Shown here in pieces: positions 1 through 10,312 of a stretch of 64,000 nucleotides of DNA. This DNA comes from an uncultured bacterium (GTDB lineage: Bacteria > Krumholzibacteriota > Krumholzibacteriia > Krumholzibacteriales > Krumholzibacteriaceae). Made by a program: the position numbers and the translations under genes. Positions within the stretch are counted from its first letter, which is position 1. Each line of letters starts with the position of its first letter. The notes beneath the pieces are model-generated. The model was not told the DNA's origin, did not search any database, and saw only the letters and a list, made by a program, of their open reading frames with translations. The stretch spans positions 288,001 through 352,000 of the forward strand of contig CAWBAN010000003.1 in NCBI GenBank assembly GCA_963786935.1, written 5' to 3'.

Positions 1-2
1 GC

Positions 3-554
3 GGGAGACGCTTCGCCGGGAATTGCGTCTTCGTGGGGCAGATCAGGGAGGAGAAGGGGATTTTCGATATTATCCGCGCCCTGCGCGAGAGGACGGATTT
101 CAGCTGCGACTTTTACGGTCCCGTGATCCAACGTGACCGGAAGATGTTCGAGGATCAAATCGCCGGGAGCGATCATCTGCGATACCGCGGGATCATGGAG
201 CCTTCGGCGGTCGTCGACGCGATGGGCGCGTACGACGTGCTTCTCCTCCCGACGCGATCGCCCGGCGAGGGCTATCCCGCCGTGGTGCTGCAGGCCTTCG
301 CGGCGGGCGTTCCCGTTATCGCATCCGCTTGGAAATCGATACCCGACCTGATAGAGGACGGCGTCACGGGCATTCTGATCCCACCGCACTCTCCGGAGAG
401 CATCGTCGGCGCGCTCGAGAAGCTCTCCCGCGACGGCGGGCTCTATTCTTCGATAGCGGAGAATGCGCTCGCGTCGGCGGAAACGTTCTCCGAGAAGGCC
501 GTCGTGCGTGATATCCTCGTGACGAAGGTGCTCGATATCCTTTCCATCCGATGA
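3..554 (+). CDS. Glycosyltransferase family 4 (GT-B), C-terminal part; 5' end lies outside the window
   Basis: Frame open from position 3; FVGQIREEKG, DVLLLPT, EGYPAVVLQAFAAGVPVIAS and LIEDGVTG motifs. Confidence 0.85.
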   Translation, partial: GRRFAGNCVFVGQIREEKGIFDIIRALRERTDFSCDFYGPVIQRDRKMFEDQIAGSDHLRYRGIMEPSAVVDAMGAYDVLLLPTRSPGEGYPAVVLQAFAAGVPVIASAWKSIPDLIEDGVTGILIPPHSPESIVGALEKLSRDGGLYSSIAENALASAETFSEKAVVRDILVTKVLDILSIR

Positions 555-575
555 ACAAGGAGGTATAGTAACTCC

Positions 576-2261
576 ATGGCCACTCCCGCACCGGACAAGA
601 TCATCTACTCGATGATGCGCGTGAGCAAGTTCTACGGCACGAAGCAGGTGCTGAAGGACATCTCCATTTCCTATTTCTACGGCGCCAAGATCGGCGTCAT
701 CGGATTGAACGGCTCGGGCAAGAGCTCGCTCCTGCGCATCTTCGCGGGCGTCGACACCGAGTTCAACGGGCAGGCCGTTCTCTCCCCCGGCTACACCGTC
801 GGGATGCTCGAGCAGGAGCCGCACCTGGACGAATCGAAGACCGTGAGGCAGGTCGTCGAGGAAGGGGTCGCCGAGGTCGTGGGGCTGCTGGCCGAGTTCA
901 ACCGCATCAACGACAAGTTCGCGGAGCCCATGTCCGAGGACGAGATGACGAAGCTCATCGAGCGGCAGGGAGAGGTGCAGGAGAAGCTCGATCATCTCGA
1001 CGCGTGGGATCTCGACTCGCGGCTCGATCTCGCGATGGACGCCCTGCGCTGCCCGTCGGGGGATACGCCGGTGAAGGTGCTCTCGGGGGGCGAGAAACGG
1101 CGCGTGGCGCTCTGCCGGCTGCTTCTCCAGAAGCCCGACATTCTGCTGCTGGACGAGCCGACGAACCATCTCGACGCCGAGACCGTCGCCTGGCTCGAGC
1201 AGCACCTCCAGCGCTACGCCGGCACCGTCATCGCCGTCACGCACGACCGGTATTTTCTCGACAACGCGGCCGGGTGGATTCTCGAGCTCGACCGCGGCGA
1301 GGGCATCCCGTGGAAGGGAAACTACTCCTCGTGGCTGGAGCAGAAGAGGGGACGCCTCGCTCTCGAGCAGAAGGCCGAATCCGACCGCCAGAAGACGCTC
1401 GAACGCGAGCTCGAGTGGATCCGCATGGCGCCGCGCGCGCGGCAGGCCAAATCGAAGGCGCGCATCCAGTCGTACGAGACGCTCCTCTCGCAGGAGAGCG
1501 TGCGGCGCGCGCGCGAGCTCGAGATCTTCATCCCGCCGGGACCGCGCCTCGGGGGCGTGGTGATTCAGGCGGAGAAGGTCGTGAAGGCCTTCGGCGACAA
1601 TATCCTCATGGATAAGATGACCTTTTCGCTCCCGCCCGGCGGCATCGTCGGCGTGATCGGCCCGAACGGCGCGGGGAAAACGACGCTCTTCCGCATGATC
1701 ACGGGGGAGGAAAAGCCCGATTCGGGGACGATCCGCGTCGGCGATTCGGTGACGCTCGCCTACGCCGATCAGGACCGGAGCCTCGATCCGGACAAAACGG
1801 TCTGGGATACGATATCGGAGGGCAAGGACTTGATCCCCCTCGGAGACCGCGAGGTCAACTCGCGCGCCTACGTCGCGCGCTTCAACTTCTCGGGGGCCGA
1901 TCAGCAGAAGAAGCTCTCGCAGCTCTCGGGAGGAGAGCGGAACCGCGTGCACCTCGCACGTACGCTCAAGCGCGGCGCGAACGTCATTCTGCTCGACGAG
2001 CCCACGAACGACCTCGACGTGAACACGATGCGCGCCCTCGAGGATGCGCTCGAGAGCTTCGGCGGATGCGCCGTCGTGATCAGCCACGACCGCTGGTTCC
2101 TCGACCGCATCGCGACGCACATCCTCGCATTCGAAAGCGACAGCTCCGTGTTCTGGTTCGAGGGGAACTACTCGGATTACGAGCAGGATCGTCACCGCCG
2201 CCTCGGCGCCGCGGCCGACCAGCCCCACCGGATCAGGTACCGGCATTTGACGAGGGAGTAG
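576..2261 (+). CDS. ettA: Energy-dependent translational throttle protein EttA (ABC-F)
   Basis: Two ABC domains (GLNGSGKS, GPNGAGKT, LSGGE x2), GAKIGVIG N-terminus, ELEWIR...ARQAKSKARI linker, C-terminal PHRIRYR; SD AAGGAGG upstream. Confidence 0.95.
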   Translation: MATPAPDKIIYSMMRVSKFYGTKQVLKDISISYFYGAKIGVIGLNGSGKSSLLRIFAGVDTEFNGQAVLSPGYTVGMLEQEPHLDESKTVRQVVEEGVAEVVGLLAEFNRINDKFAEPMSEDEMTKLIERQGEVQEKLDHLDAWDLDSRLDLAMDALRCPSGDTPVKVLSGGEKRRVALCRLLLQKPDILLLDEPTNHLDAETVAWLEQHLQRYAGTVIAVTHDRYFLDNAAGWILELDRGEGIPWKGNYSSWLEQKRGRLALEQKAESDRQKTLERELEWIRMAPRARQAKSKARIQSYETLLSQESVRRARELEIFIPPGPRLGGVVIQAEKVVKAFGDNILMDKMTFSLPPGGIVGVIGPNGAGKTTLFRMITGEEKPDSGTIRVGDSVTLAYADQDRSLDPDKTVWDTISEGKDLIPLGDREVNSRAYVARFNFSGADQQKKLSQLSGGERNRVHLARTLKRGANVILLDEPTNDLDVNTMRALEDALESFGGCAVVISHDRWFLDRIATHILAFESDSSVFWFEGNYSDYEQDRHRRLGAAADQPHRIRYRHLTRE

Positions 2262-2321
2262 GCCGTTGAGCGCTCGGTGCGCGATTCGACTCCGGCCCAA
2301 CAGACGCGCGGCGGCCGCAAC

Positions 2322-2350
2322 TTGATTCCGATCTTCCTCTATGGTATAAT
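2322..2350 (+). promoter_or_regulatory. Sigma70 promoter for the 2404 gene
   Basis: TTGATT-17 nt-TATAAT with extended -10 TGn. Confidence 0.75.
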
Positions 2351-2403
2351 AGCGGCGAATCTAAGGGCCTCTTCTAACCACATGATGGAGTGGGAGGAAC
2401 GAC

Positions 2404-4800
2404 ATGAGAAACGCGATTGTCGTATTCGTGTTCTCCGTCCTCATTTGCTCGCCCCTCCGGGCGCATGATGGAGCGCTCGCCCTTTTCGCCGATCCCGGCG
2501 CCGCGGTCTGCACGAAGGATCTGGGCATATATAACATAACGAACCTGTATCTGTTTTATGTGCGGGGCGAAGGTCCATACATGGGGAGGCAATGTCGATT
2601 TCGAATTGCCGGATCGTCGCCGAACGTATTCTGCCTCGAGCCCGAATGGATACCCGGATTGATGGCGCAAGGCAATATAGCGAGCGGGATATCACTCGCG
2701 AGCACATCCTATCTCGGCTCCGGAGAGGATCTCGTTTACCTCGGCAGGATTCCGGTGATCAACGCCGGCGATCCCGACACATTCATCGTGTCCGTCGTGG
2801 AGGCCCCACCCGATAGTATGCACATGGTGCCCCCCTTCGAAGGATCAGGACTCTATGTCACGTTGCCCTGCACCAGTGCCTATTACGACTATACATGCGA
2901 CTGGGACTTTATCTACCCGGTCTGCGGAGGGACGTTCACGTTCAATACGCCGTCGGGTTATTGCATCCCCGAATGCCCGGTTCCTCCGCGTTTGCAGCGC
3001 GTCTATGTCGTATCCCCGACACAGGCGGAGCTTCATTTCAGCGAGCCTCTTAGCGAAGCGACGGCCGAAAATGTTTCCAATTATCTGATTCCCTGGATGG
3101 TTCCTATTGAAATTCTCGGTGCGGAGCTTGCGGGAGACGGCACCACGGTAATGCTCTCGCTGGCGAGCGGCTTTGAGAGAAACCAGTTTTACGATATGTT
3201 GGTTAAAGATGTCGAAGATCTGGATGGAAACAAGCACCCGAAGAGCGGGTACAGAGAGATACTGTACCAGGACAGGTATTATATCACCGGAGCGGTGACG
3301 AATGTCGATTGCCAGACGTGCAGGAGCGTGGATCTCACGTACTTCGTTCATAATACGGGGGCGCGCCATTCGACGGGCTTCTGTTTGGATGCGGGCTGGA
3401 CATGGTTCGCGCCGTTCGGGCTCGGACAACTAATGAGGTGCGACACCCTTGCTTCGGAGACAGGCATAGGGGGAGCCGGTACCGGATATCAGCTGCATAA
3501 TCGCAGAGCCCACCGTTTCTACGACATTTACTTCATTGTCAATGACTGCGAAGGCGAAGAGGACGTCAAGAAGACCTACGTCTCCGTAAAGTTCCTGCAC
3601 AATGTGCCATGGATCAACTCGGTAACGGACGTCCCGGCCGATGAGGGCGGTTGGGTGACGCTCGCATTCGAAGGATGTTACAGCGAAAGTACGATTGAAG
3701 AACCGAAGTTGCCCGTCATCAGATACGACGTCTACCGGCTCGGGCCGCCTCCCGGGAACCTCTGGGAGATCGTCGGATCGGTGCCCGCGCAGGGGCTCGA
3801 GGAGTACAGCGTGGTCGTTCCGACCCATGCCGACTCGTCTCCCGGTCAGCCGATTCCCTATGCGAAGTACCGGGTGAGGGGTGCGACCGAGGATCCGGCC
3901 CGGTACTTCGAGTCGTGCCCCGACTCGGGTTACTCGATGGGAGCTCCTCCCTCCGCTCCGACTCATTTCACCGCGCTGCAGGTCGGAGACGACCTCCTCC
4001 TGCAGTGGTTCAAGAACCCGGAGCCGGACGTATCGGGTTACAAGCTTTACAGGAACACGGATCCCGAGATTGTTCCGCCCCTGGAGAATCTGATCGCGGA
4101 GGTTCCCGACACGACCTTTCTCGATGAGGAATGGTTCGCCGGATCGGGCTACTGCTATTGGCTCTCGGCCGTTGATTCCGCGGGATATGAGAGCGCACTG
4201 ACGAGACTCATTCCCGAGGAGATGATTGCGACGCTTCTGCAGAGCTTCGATGTGGCGATCGACAGGGCGGGATTCAGCGTCGTGATCAGATGGACCTTGT
4301 CCTCGGTCGATGAGGGGATCGCCTATTATGTAATGAGGGGTGAGGCGGGCGCCGCGGAGTTCACGGCGCTCGATGCGTCGTCGGTGGAGAGAGACGAGCT
4401 TTCATTCAGGTTTGCTGACGCCGGCGTCGAGTTCGGAAAGAGCTACCGGTACCGTGTCGGCTACCTGGATCATGGGAAGGAAGTTTCACTCTTTGAGACC
4501 GATGCCGTCGCGACGCCTGCGACGCCTCTGACGCTGTATCAGAATGTCCCGAATCCGTTCAACCCCGCGACGAGCATCACGTACTATTTGCCGGTCGCCG
4601 GACGCGTTAACCTGGACGTGTTCGACATCGCCGGCGCGCAGATCGCGAAGCTGTTCGACGGCATGCAGAATGCCGGGCTGCATACGGTTCAATGGAACGG
4701 ACGCGACGTCGGGGGCCGCGCGGTGTCCTCGGGAATCTATTTCTGCCGGCTGACATTCGGCAAGGAGAGCATTAAGCGAAAGATGGTTCTCTTGAGGTAG
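2404..4800 (+). CDS. Secreted multidomain protein (Ig-like/FN3-like modules) with C-terminal FlgD-Ig/T9SS-type tail
   Basis: Signal peptide; Ig-like FSEPL...AENVSNY; DVPADEGGWV...PDSGYS module; FN3-like WFKNPEPDVSGYKLYR; tail LYQNVPNPFNP...SSGIYFCRL...KMVLLR. Confidence 0.8.
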   Translation: MRNAIVVFVFSVLICSPLRAHDGALALFADPGAAVCTKDLGIYNITNLYLFYVRGEGPYMGRQCRFRIAGSSPNVFCLEPEWIPGLMAQGNIASGISLASTSYLGSGEDLVYLGRIPVINAGDPDTFIVSVVEAPPDSMHMVPPFEGSGLYVTLPCTSAYYDYTCDWDFIYPVCGGTFTFNTPSGYCIPECPVPPRLQRVYVVSPTQAELHFSEPLSEATAENVSNYLIPWMVPIEILGAELAGDGTTVMLSLASGFERNQFYDMLVKDVEDLDGNKHPKSGYREILYQDRYYITGAVTNVDCQTCRSVDLTYFVHNTGARHSTGFCLDAGWTWFAPFGLGQLMRCDTLASETGIGGAGTGYQLHNRRAHRFYDIYFIVNDCEGEEDVKKTYVSVKFLHNVPWINSVTDVPADEGGWVTLAFEGCYSESTIEEPKLPVIRYDVYRLGPPPGNLWEIVGSVPAQGLEEYSVVVPTHADSSPGQPIPYAKYRVRGATEDPARYFESCPDSGYSMGAPPSAPTHFTALQVGDDLLLQWFKNPEPDVSGYKLYRNTDPEIVPPLENLIAEVPDTTFLDEEWFAGSGYCYWLSAVDSAGYESALTRLIPEEMIATLLQSFDVAIDRAGFSVVIRWTLSSVDEGIAYYVMRGEAGAAEFTALDASSVERDELSFRFADAGVEFGKSYRYRVGYLDHGKEVSLFETDAVATPATPLTLYQNVPNPFNPATSITYYLPVAGRVNLDVFDIAGAQIAKLFDGMQNAGLHTVQWNGRDVGGRAVSSGIYFCRLTFGKESIKRKMVLLR

Positions 4801-5002
4801 TCCTCGGAGCGACAGCCATAATACCTCCCATGCGAATGACCGAGGTTTGCGTGGTCCCGAGCGTAGGCGGCGCGTGGCATCAATCGTCATTTCCTCCGGC
4901 GCGCGGCGAAGCGCGGCTCGATCCGCATGTAAGGCGGATTGACAGAAGCCCTGATTTCCTGCTATAAGACATATCGAACAGATCAACCATGAGAGGTGGC
5001 AC

Positions 5003-6115
5003 ATGTTGAAATTCCTTGCCGTTTTCATGATCGGCCTTCTGGTCTGCACGCAGTCGTTCGGTCAGGTCTACACCAACAAGAGCTTCGGCAAGATCGATCC
5101 CGACAGTTTGAAAGCGAAAGAATATCCGTACGTCTTGCCCATCTGGGGCGAGAAGGCGGCGAAAAAGGGATTCGAGCTGCCGTACTCGGCCGGGCTCAGC
5201 CTGAACTACCTCTGGCAGGAATCGGATCTCGTGATCGAGAACCTGCAGGTAGGCTTCAATAACGGCCCCATGATCAATTTGGACGAGAACATCAGGTTCG
5301 ATAGCGCCGTCGCCGAGGCGAGCGGCGTCAATATCAGGCCCGATATCTGGCTATTTCCGTTCTTGAACGTCTACGGGCTGTTCGTCAAAGCGAAAACGTC
5401 CACGACCATCGACGCCAGCGTGTGGCTTCCGGATAGCGCAAACAACTGGTCCGAGGTGACGTCGTTTTCATCGAAGGCGGAGTTCGACGCCACGTCGTTC
5501 GGATTCGGACTGACGCCGACGATGGGCATCAGCGGGATCTGGATGGCGCTCGACATGAATTGCCTCTGGACCGACGTCAGCGCGCTGAACGAGCCCGTCT
5601 TCACCTTCGTCTTCGCTCCCCGCTTCGGCAAGACGTTCAATTTCAAAAAGCCCAATAGAAACATCGCGGTATGGGTGGGAGGATTCAGGCTCAAGTACAG
5701 TTCAAACACCGAGGGCTCGCTGAATCTGTCCGAAGTGCTCCCTCTGGACGGAGCGCAGGAAAAGGTCGACCAGGGCTTCCAGAAGGTCGAGGAAGCATGG
5801 ACGGAAGTCCAGAGTTGGTGGAATTCGCTTTCGCCCGACGAGCAGCTCGACCCGGCGAATATCGCGCGATACAACGCGGCGACCCGCGCTATCACCGCGG
5901 CCGACGAGCTCCTGACCGGCATGGATGGAGCTCTCAGCAACGCGGAAACCGCGACGGTTCAGTATTCGCTCGATAAGTATCCGACGAGCATGTGGAATCT
6001 CGTCGTCGGATCGCAGTTTCAGCTGAACAAGAACTGGATGGCGCGGGTGGAGGTCGGATTCCTGGGCGACCGCACGCAGGCCATAGCGGGGATTCAGTAC
6101 CGCTTCGGATTGTAG
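5003..6115 (+). CDS. Probable outer-membrane beta-barrel protein, function unknown
   Basis: Signal peptide, amphipathic beta-strands, C-terminal IQYRFGL. Confidence 0.65.
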   Translation: MLKFLAVFMIGLLVCTQSFGQVYTNKSFGKIDPDSLKAKEYPYVLPIWGEKAAKKGFELPYSAGLSLNYLWQESDLVIENLQVGFNNGPMINLDENIRFDSAVAEASGVNIRPDIWLFPFLNVYGLFVKAKTSTTIDASVWLPDSANNWSEVTSFSSKAEFDATSFGFGLTPTMGISGIWMALDMNCLWTDVSALNEPVFTFVFAPRFGKTFNFKKPNRNIAVWVGGFRLKYSSNTEGSLNLSEVLPLDGAQEKVDQGFQKVEEAWTEVQSWWNSLSPDEQLDPANIARYNAATRAITAADELLTGMDGALSNAETATVQYSLDKYPTSMWNLVVGSQFQLNKNWMARVEVGFLGDRTQAIAGIQYRFGL

Positions 6116-6126
6116 GCGAACGCGGG

Positions 6127-6843
6127 ATGAAGAAAGTCCTGCTCATTCTCATCCTTCTGCTCGGCAGCCGGCCGGCGAACAGCCAGGTTTTGATCGCTCT
6201 TCTCTTCGGCGATAAACTGAATACGGGGAAGATCGAGTTCGGCCTCGACGGCGGATTGAACCTTGCATCCATGGGCGGCGTCGACCAGTCCGGCTACCTG
6301 AAGGCGTTCAACCTCGGATTCTACTTCGACATCAAGCTCGCGAATCCCTCCTGGATGATTCACACGGGCGTCATCGTGGTGTCTACGATGGGGGCGGACG
6401 GAGTGCCGGTCTATTCGTTGGACGATCCCGAGCTGGACGCCGAATTCGACGGCGGAAGCGTCACGCGGAAATTGAGCTATTTCAACGTGCCGATCATGAT
6501 CAAGTACAGAAGCGCACGTCGTTTCCATGCGGAAGGCGGGATCCAACTCGGGCTCCTGTATGGAGCCGAAGACGTATTCATGAACACGGTGCCGGGCCGG
6601 GGAGATCTGACCTACACGACGAAGATCAAGGATCAATATCACCCGCTCGACGCGGGGGCGGTCGTGGGCGTGGGGTATCGTTTGCTCGGAGCCAACGGGA
6701 TAACGTTGAGCATGCGCTACTATTTCGGCTTCATCGACGTTCTCATCGACGACGCGGTCCCCGCCCAGTACAACCGGTCGATCTATTTCACGGCGGGCAT
6801 TCCCATCGGCGCTAGCAAATCTCCAAAAGAAGACAACCGATAG
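6127..6843 (+). CDS. Porin-family (PorT-like) outer-membrane beta-barrel protein
   Basis: Start re-assigned to MKKVLLIL (6127); FGLDGGLN, LSYFNVPIMIKY, RYYFGFIDV...NRSIYFTAG pattern. Confidence 0.7.
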   Translation: MKKVLLILILLLGSRPANSQVLIALLFGDKLNTGKIEFGLDGGLNLASMGGVDQSGYLKAFNLGFYFDIKLANPSWMIHTGVIVVSTMGADGVPVYSLDDPELDAEFDGGSVTRKLSYFNVPIMIKYRSARRFHAEGGIQLGLLYGAEDVFMNTVPGRGDLTYTTKIKDQYHPLDAGAVVGVGYRLLGANGITLSMRYYFGFIDVLIDDAVPAQYNRSIYFTAGIPIGASKSPKEDNR

Positions 6844-6863
6844 CATCTCAAGGAGGACCGATT

Positions 6864-8996
6864 ACGAATCGCGGGCAAGGAACATTTGTTCTCCTGCTCA
6901 TTGCGGCATTCGCCCTGGGGCTTTCCGCCGGATGCCGCGTCGAGCACCATGCGGCGACTCCGCCGATAGCGAAGATCGAGCCGATGAAGCTCGAGAAGCA
7001 CGGCGACGTCCGGGTCGACAACTATTACTGGCTGCGCGAGCGGGAGAATCACGAGGTGATCGCCTATCTCCGCGCGGAAAACGCCTATACGGACACCATG
7101 ATGCATCACACCGAGGCTCTGCAGGAGAAGCTGTATAAAGAGATCGTCGGGCGGATCAAACAGACCGACGCCTCGGTGCCGTACCGGCAGGACGGCTACT
7201 TCTACTATACGCGCTACGACGCGGGGAAGGAGTATCCGATCTACTGCCGGAAGAAGGGCTCGCTCGATGCGCGCGAGGAAATCATGATCGACTCGAACGA
7301 GCGCGCGGCGGGGCGCGGATTCTACTCGGTCGGCCCCCGCGAAATCAGCCCGAACGGCGAGCTGCTCGCATTCGCCGAGGACACGGTGGGGCGGCGGTTC
7401 TACACCATACGGGTGAAGAATCTCGCAACCGGCGAAATGCTGCCGGACGATATCCCTCAGGTGACCGGAGACGTCGCGTGGGCGAACGACAACCGGACGT
7501 TCTTCTACGGGAAGCAGGATCCCGTGACGCTTCGCGCGTATCGCATCTACCGGCACGCGCTCGGCGCGGATCCGTCCACGGACGCGCTCGTGTACGAGGA
7601 GAAGGACAACACCTTCGAATGTTCCGTCTCCAAAACCAAGTCAAAAGAGTACGTGATGATCGCCTCGACGCAGACGCTCAGCAGCGAGTACCGCTATCTG
7701 GACGCGGACGCGCCGGGCGACACGTTCGCCGTGTTCTCGGCGCGGGAGCCCCGCCACGAGTACTCGGTCGATCATTACCGCGACTTTTTTTATATCCGCA
7801 CTAACGACGGGGCTAAGAACTTCCGGCTCATGAAGACGCCGGCGGCCCGCACGGCGAAGGAGAACTGGGTCGAGGTCGTGCCGCACCGCGACGACGTGCT
7901 CCTCGAGGGATTTGAGATATTCAGGGATTTCCTCGTGACCGTCGAGCGGACGGGCGGGCTGATCCGGATGCGCATCCGGCCCTGGTCGGGGGCGGGCGAG
8001 CATTCGATCGATTTCGGCGAGCCGGCATACATGGCGTACATGAGCACGAACATGGACATCGACACGAATCTCCTCCGGTACGGCTACACGTCGATGACGA
8101 CGCCGACCTCGATCTACGACTACGATATGGTCACGAAGGAGAAGACCCTCTTGAAGCGCGACGAGGTGCTCGGCGGCTTCAAGCCTGAGGACTACGTGAC
8201 GGAGCGCCTCTCCGCCCGCGCGAGCGACGGCGCCATGGTGCCGCTTTCCATCGTGTATCGCAGGGGGCTGAAGAGGGACGGGAAGAACCCGCTTCTGCTC
8301 TACGGGTACGGTTCGTACGGATTCAGCATGGATGCGACATTCAGCTCCCCGCGCCTGAGCCTGCTCGATCGGGGATTCGTCTATGCCATCGCCCATGTCC
8401 GCGGGGGAGAGGAGCTCGGGCGCGAGTGGTACGAGGACGGGAAGATGCTGAACAAGAAGAACACCTTCACGGACTTCATCGCGTGCGCGGAGCATCTGAT
8501 CCGCGAGGGGTATACGACGCCGGACCGGCTCTTCGCGCAAGGGGGGAGCGCCGGCGGGCTCCTCATGGGCGCCGTCGTCAACATGCGCCCGGACCTTTTC
8601 AATGGCGTCATCGCGAACGTGCCGTGGGTGGACGTCGTCACGACGATGCTGGACGAGAGCATCCCGCTCACGACCTCGGAGTACGACGAATGGGGAAATC
8701 CGAACGTCAAGGAATACTACGATTACATGCTGTCGTATTCGCCGTACGACAACGTCTCGGCGCAGGCGTACCCCGCCATGCTGGTGACCACGGGGCTCCA
8801 CGACTCGCAGGTGCAGTATTTCGAGCCGGCGAAGTGGGTGGCGAAGCTCCGGGCGCTCAAGACCGACGGCAATATGCTGCTGCTCCGCACGAGAATGGAA
8901 GCGGGGCACGGCGGCGTCTCGGGGCGGTACCGCCAGTACCGCGAGACGGCGTTCATGTACGCGTTCATGCTGGATCTCGCGGGAATCGACGAATAG
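6864..8996 (+). CDS. ptrB: Oligopeptidase B (peptidase S9A), probable lipoprotein; start uncertain (ACG 6864, ATT 6861, or first ATG 6984)
   Basis: HGDVRVDNYYWLR, GGSAGGLL nucleophile, HDSQV, AGHGG; in-frame upstream signal ending LSAGC after SD AGGAGG. Confidence 0.9.
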   Translation, partial: TNRGQGTFVLLLIAAFALGLSAGCRVEHHAATPPIAKIEPMKLEKHGDVRVDNYYWLRERENHEVIAYLRAENAYTDTMMHHTEALQEKLYKEIVGRIKQTDASVPYRQDGYFYYTRYDAGKEYPIYCRKKGSLDAREEIMIDSNERAAGRGFYSVGPREISPNGELLAFAEDTVGRRFYTIRVKNLATGEMLPDDIPQVTGDVAWANDNRTFFYGKQDPVTLRAYRIYRHALGADPSTDALVYEEKDNTFECSVSKTKSKEYVMIASTQTLSSEYRYLDADAPGDTFAVFSAREPRHEYSVDHYRDFFYIRTNDGAKNFRLMKTPAARTAKENWVEVVPHRDDVLLEGFEIFRDFLVTVERTGGLIRMRIRPWSGAGEHSIDFGEPAYMAYMSTNMDIDTNLLRYGYTSMTTPTSIYDYDMVTKEKTLLKRDEVLGGFKPEDYVTERLSARASDGAMVPLSIVYRRGLKRDGKNPLLLYGYGSYGFSMDATFSSPRLSLLDRGFVYAIAHVRGGEELGREWYEDGKMLNKKNTFTDFIACAEHLIREGYTTPDRLFAQGGSAGGLLMGAVVNMRPDLFNGVIANVPWVDVVTTMLDESIPLTTSEYDEWGNPNVKEYYDYMLSYSPYDNVSAQAYPAMLVTTGLHDSQVQYFEPAKWVAKLRALKTDGNMLLLRTRMEAGHGGVSGRYRQYRETAFMYAFMLDLAGIDE

Positions 8997-9137
8997 CGAT
9001 CGCGCGAATAGATATTGCACGAGAATCGCTTTGTGGGATATGGTGAGGAACGGGTCTTGCATCTAACGGGCGGGATGAGGAATCGTCGAAACGCGGGGAT
9101 TCCTTCGGCCCGGCTGATTGAAAGGAGCAAGACGATC

Positions 9138-9641
9138 ATGAGACGAACAACGATCGGGATGGTCGCGGCGCTGTGCGTGCTCTTTGCGGCTTCGGCGAGC
9201 CATGCGATGTTCTCGCTGGGCGCCGGCATCCATTATATGAAGACCGTCGGCGACATCAAGGACGCGCCCGAATTCGACGAGAACGCGTACAACCTCGTCG
9301 CCTCGGCGCAGATGAGCCTGCTCATGTTCAAGGTCGAGGGCGACGTCGAATGGGTCCCCGATTACGGCGGCTCCGACGAGTCGCTCCTGATGCCGCAGGT
9401 GTTGGTGCTGTTCGGCGGCCTCTTGTACGGCGGCGCGGGCATCGGATCGGGCTACATCGACGGTGAGTGGTTCGACAAGCCGTTCTACTCGCTGCGCCTC
9501 GGCGTCGACATCCCGCTCGGTCCCATCGGCGTGGACATCAACGCGAACTACCGGTTCATGGACACCTCGGTCTTCGAGAGCGCCGACAGCGAGGACCTCG
9601 ACTCGGTCACGTTCGGCGCCATCGTGCGGTTCAAGCTCTAG
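9138..9641 (+). CDS. Small outer-membrane beta-barrel protein
   Basis: SD AAGGAG, signal peptide ending ASHA, alternating beta-strand pattern, C-terminal VRFKL. Confidence 0.65.
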   Translation: MRRTTIGMVAALCVLFAASASHAMFSLGAGIHYMKTVGDIKDAPEFDENAYNLVASAQMSLLMFKVEGDVEWVPDYGGSDESLLMPQVLVLFGGLLYGGAGIGSGYIDGEWFDKPFYSLRLGVDIPLGPIGVDINANYRFMDTSVFESADSEDLDSVTFGAIVRFKL

Positions 9642-9666
9642 GCCTGCCGCGCGGGGAAAACGGCTT

Positions 9667-10281
9667 ATGATCAAGATATCAACAGCGGCTCTCTTCGCGC
9701 TTTCGCTGCTATCGGTATCCGCTCTTTCGCAGGAGGCGCCGCCGCCTCCTGCGGCGGAGCGGGTGACGGCGCTGCTCATAATCGACATTCAGGATTTCTA
9801 TTTTCCCGGGGGCTCCGTGCCCCTCGTGAATCCCGAGGCGGCGAGCCTCAACGCGGCGAAGCTGCTTGAGAGATTCCGCATGGAGGGGCGGCCGGTTATT
9901 CATGTCGGCCACAACGCCAAGAAGGGGATGGGATTCCGCGCAGCCGTGGCGCCGCGAGAGGCCGAGAAGGTCTTCTTCAAGGACGAGGTGAACGCGTTCA
10001 ACGGCACCGATCTGCTTCCGTATCTCAAGGAGCTGAAGGTTCAACGGCTCGTGATCGCCGGGATGCAGACCCACATGTGCGTCGAGGCCGCGGTGCGCGC
10101 CGCCTCCGATCTCGGCTTCGAGTGCATTCTCGTCGCAGACGCCTGCGCCACGAGGAATCTGAAGTACAAGGACCGCGAAGTGAGCGCCGCCGACGTGCAC
10201 GCCGCGACGCTCGCCACCCTCGACCGCACGTATGCCACCGTGGTCGACACGGAAACGTTTCTCGCGGCCGGCGGATATTGA
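9667..10281 (+). CDS. Cysteine hydrolase / isochorismatase family, with signal peptide
   Basis: ALLIIDIQ (Asp), K..VNAF..TDL, AGMQTHMCV (Cys), DACATR. Confidence 0.9.
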   Translation: MIKISTAALFALSLLSVSALSQEAPPPPAAERVTALLIIDIQDFYFPGGSVPLVNPEAASLNAAKLLERFRMEGRPVIHVGHNAKKGMGFRAAVAPREAEKVFFKDEVNAFNGTDLLPYLKELKVQRLVIAGMQTHMCVEAAVRAASDLGFECILVADACATRNLKYKDREVSAADVHAATLATLDRTYATVVDTETFLAAGGY

Positions 10282-10306
10282 CACCGGCCCGAACTTCCCA
10301 TACATT
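10278..10306 (+). promoter_or_regulatory. Sigma70 promoter, probably giving a leaderless mRNA for the 10313 gene
   Basis: TTGACA-17 nt-TACATT, ATG 6 nt after the -10, no SD. Confidence 0.7.
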
Positions 10307-10312
10307 CGGTCC

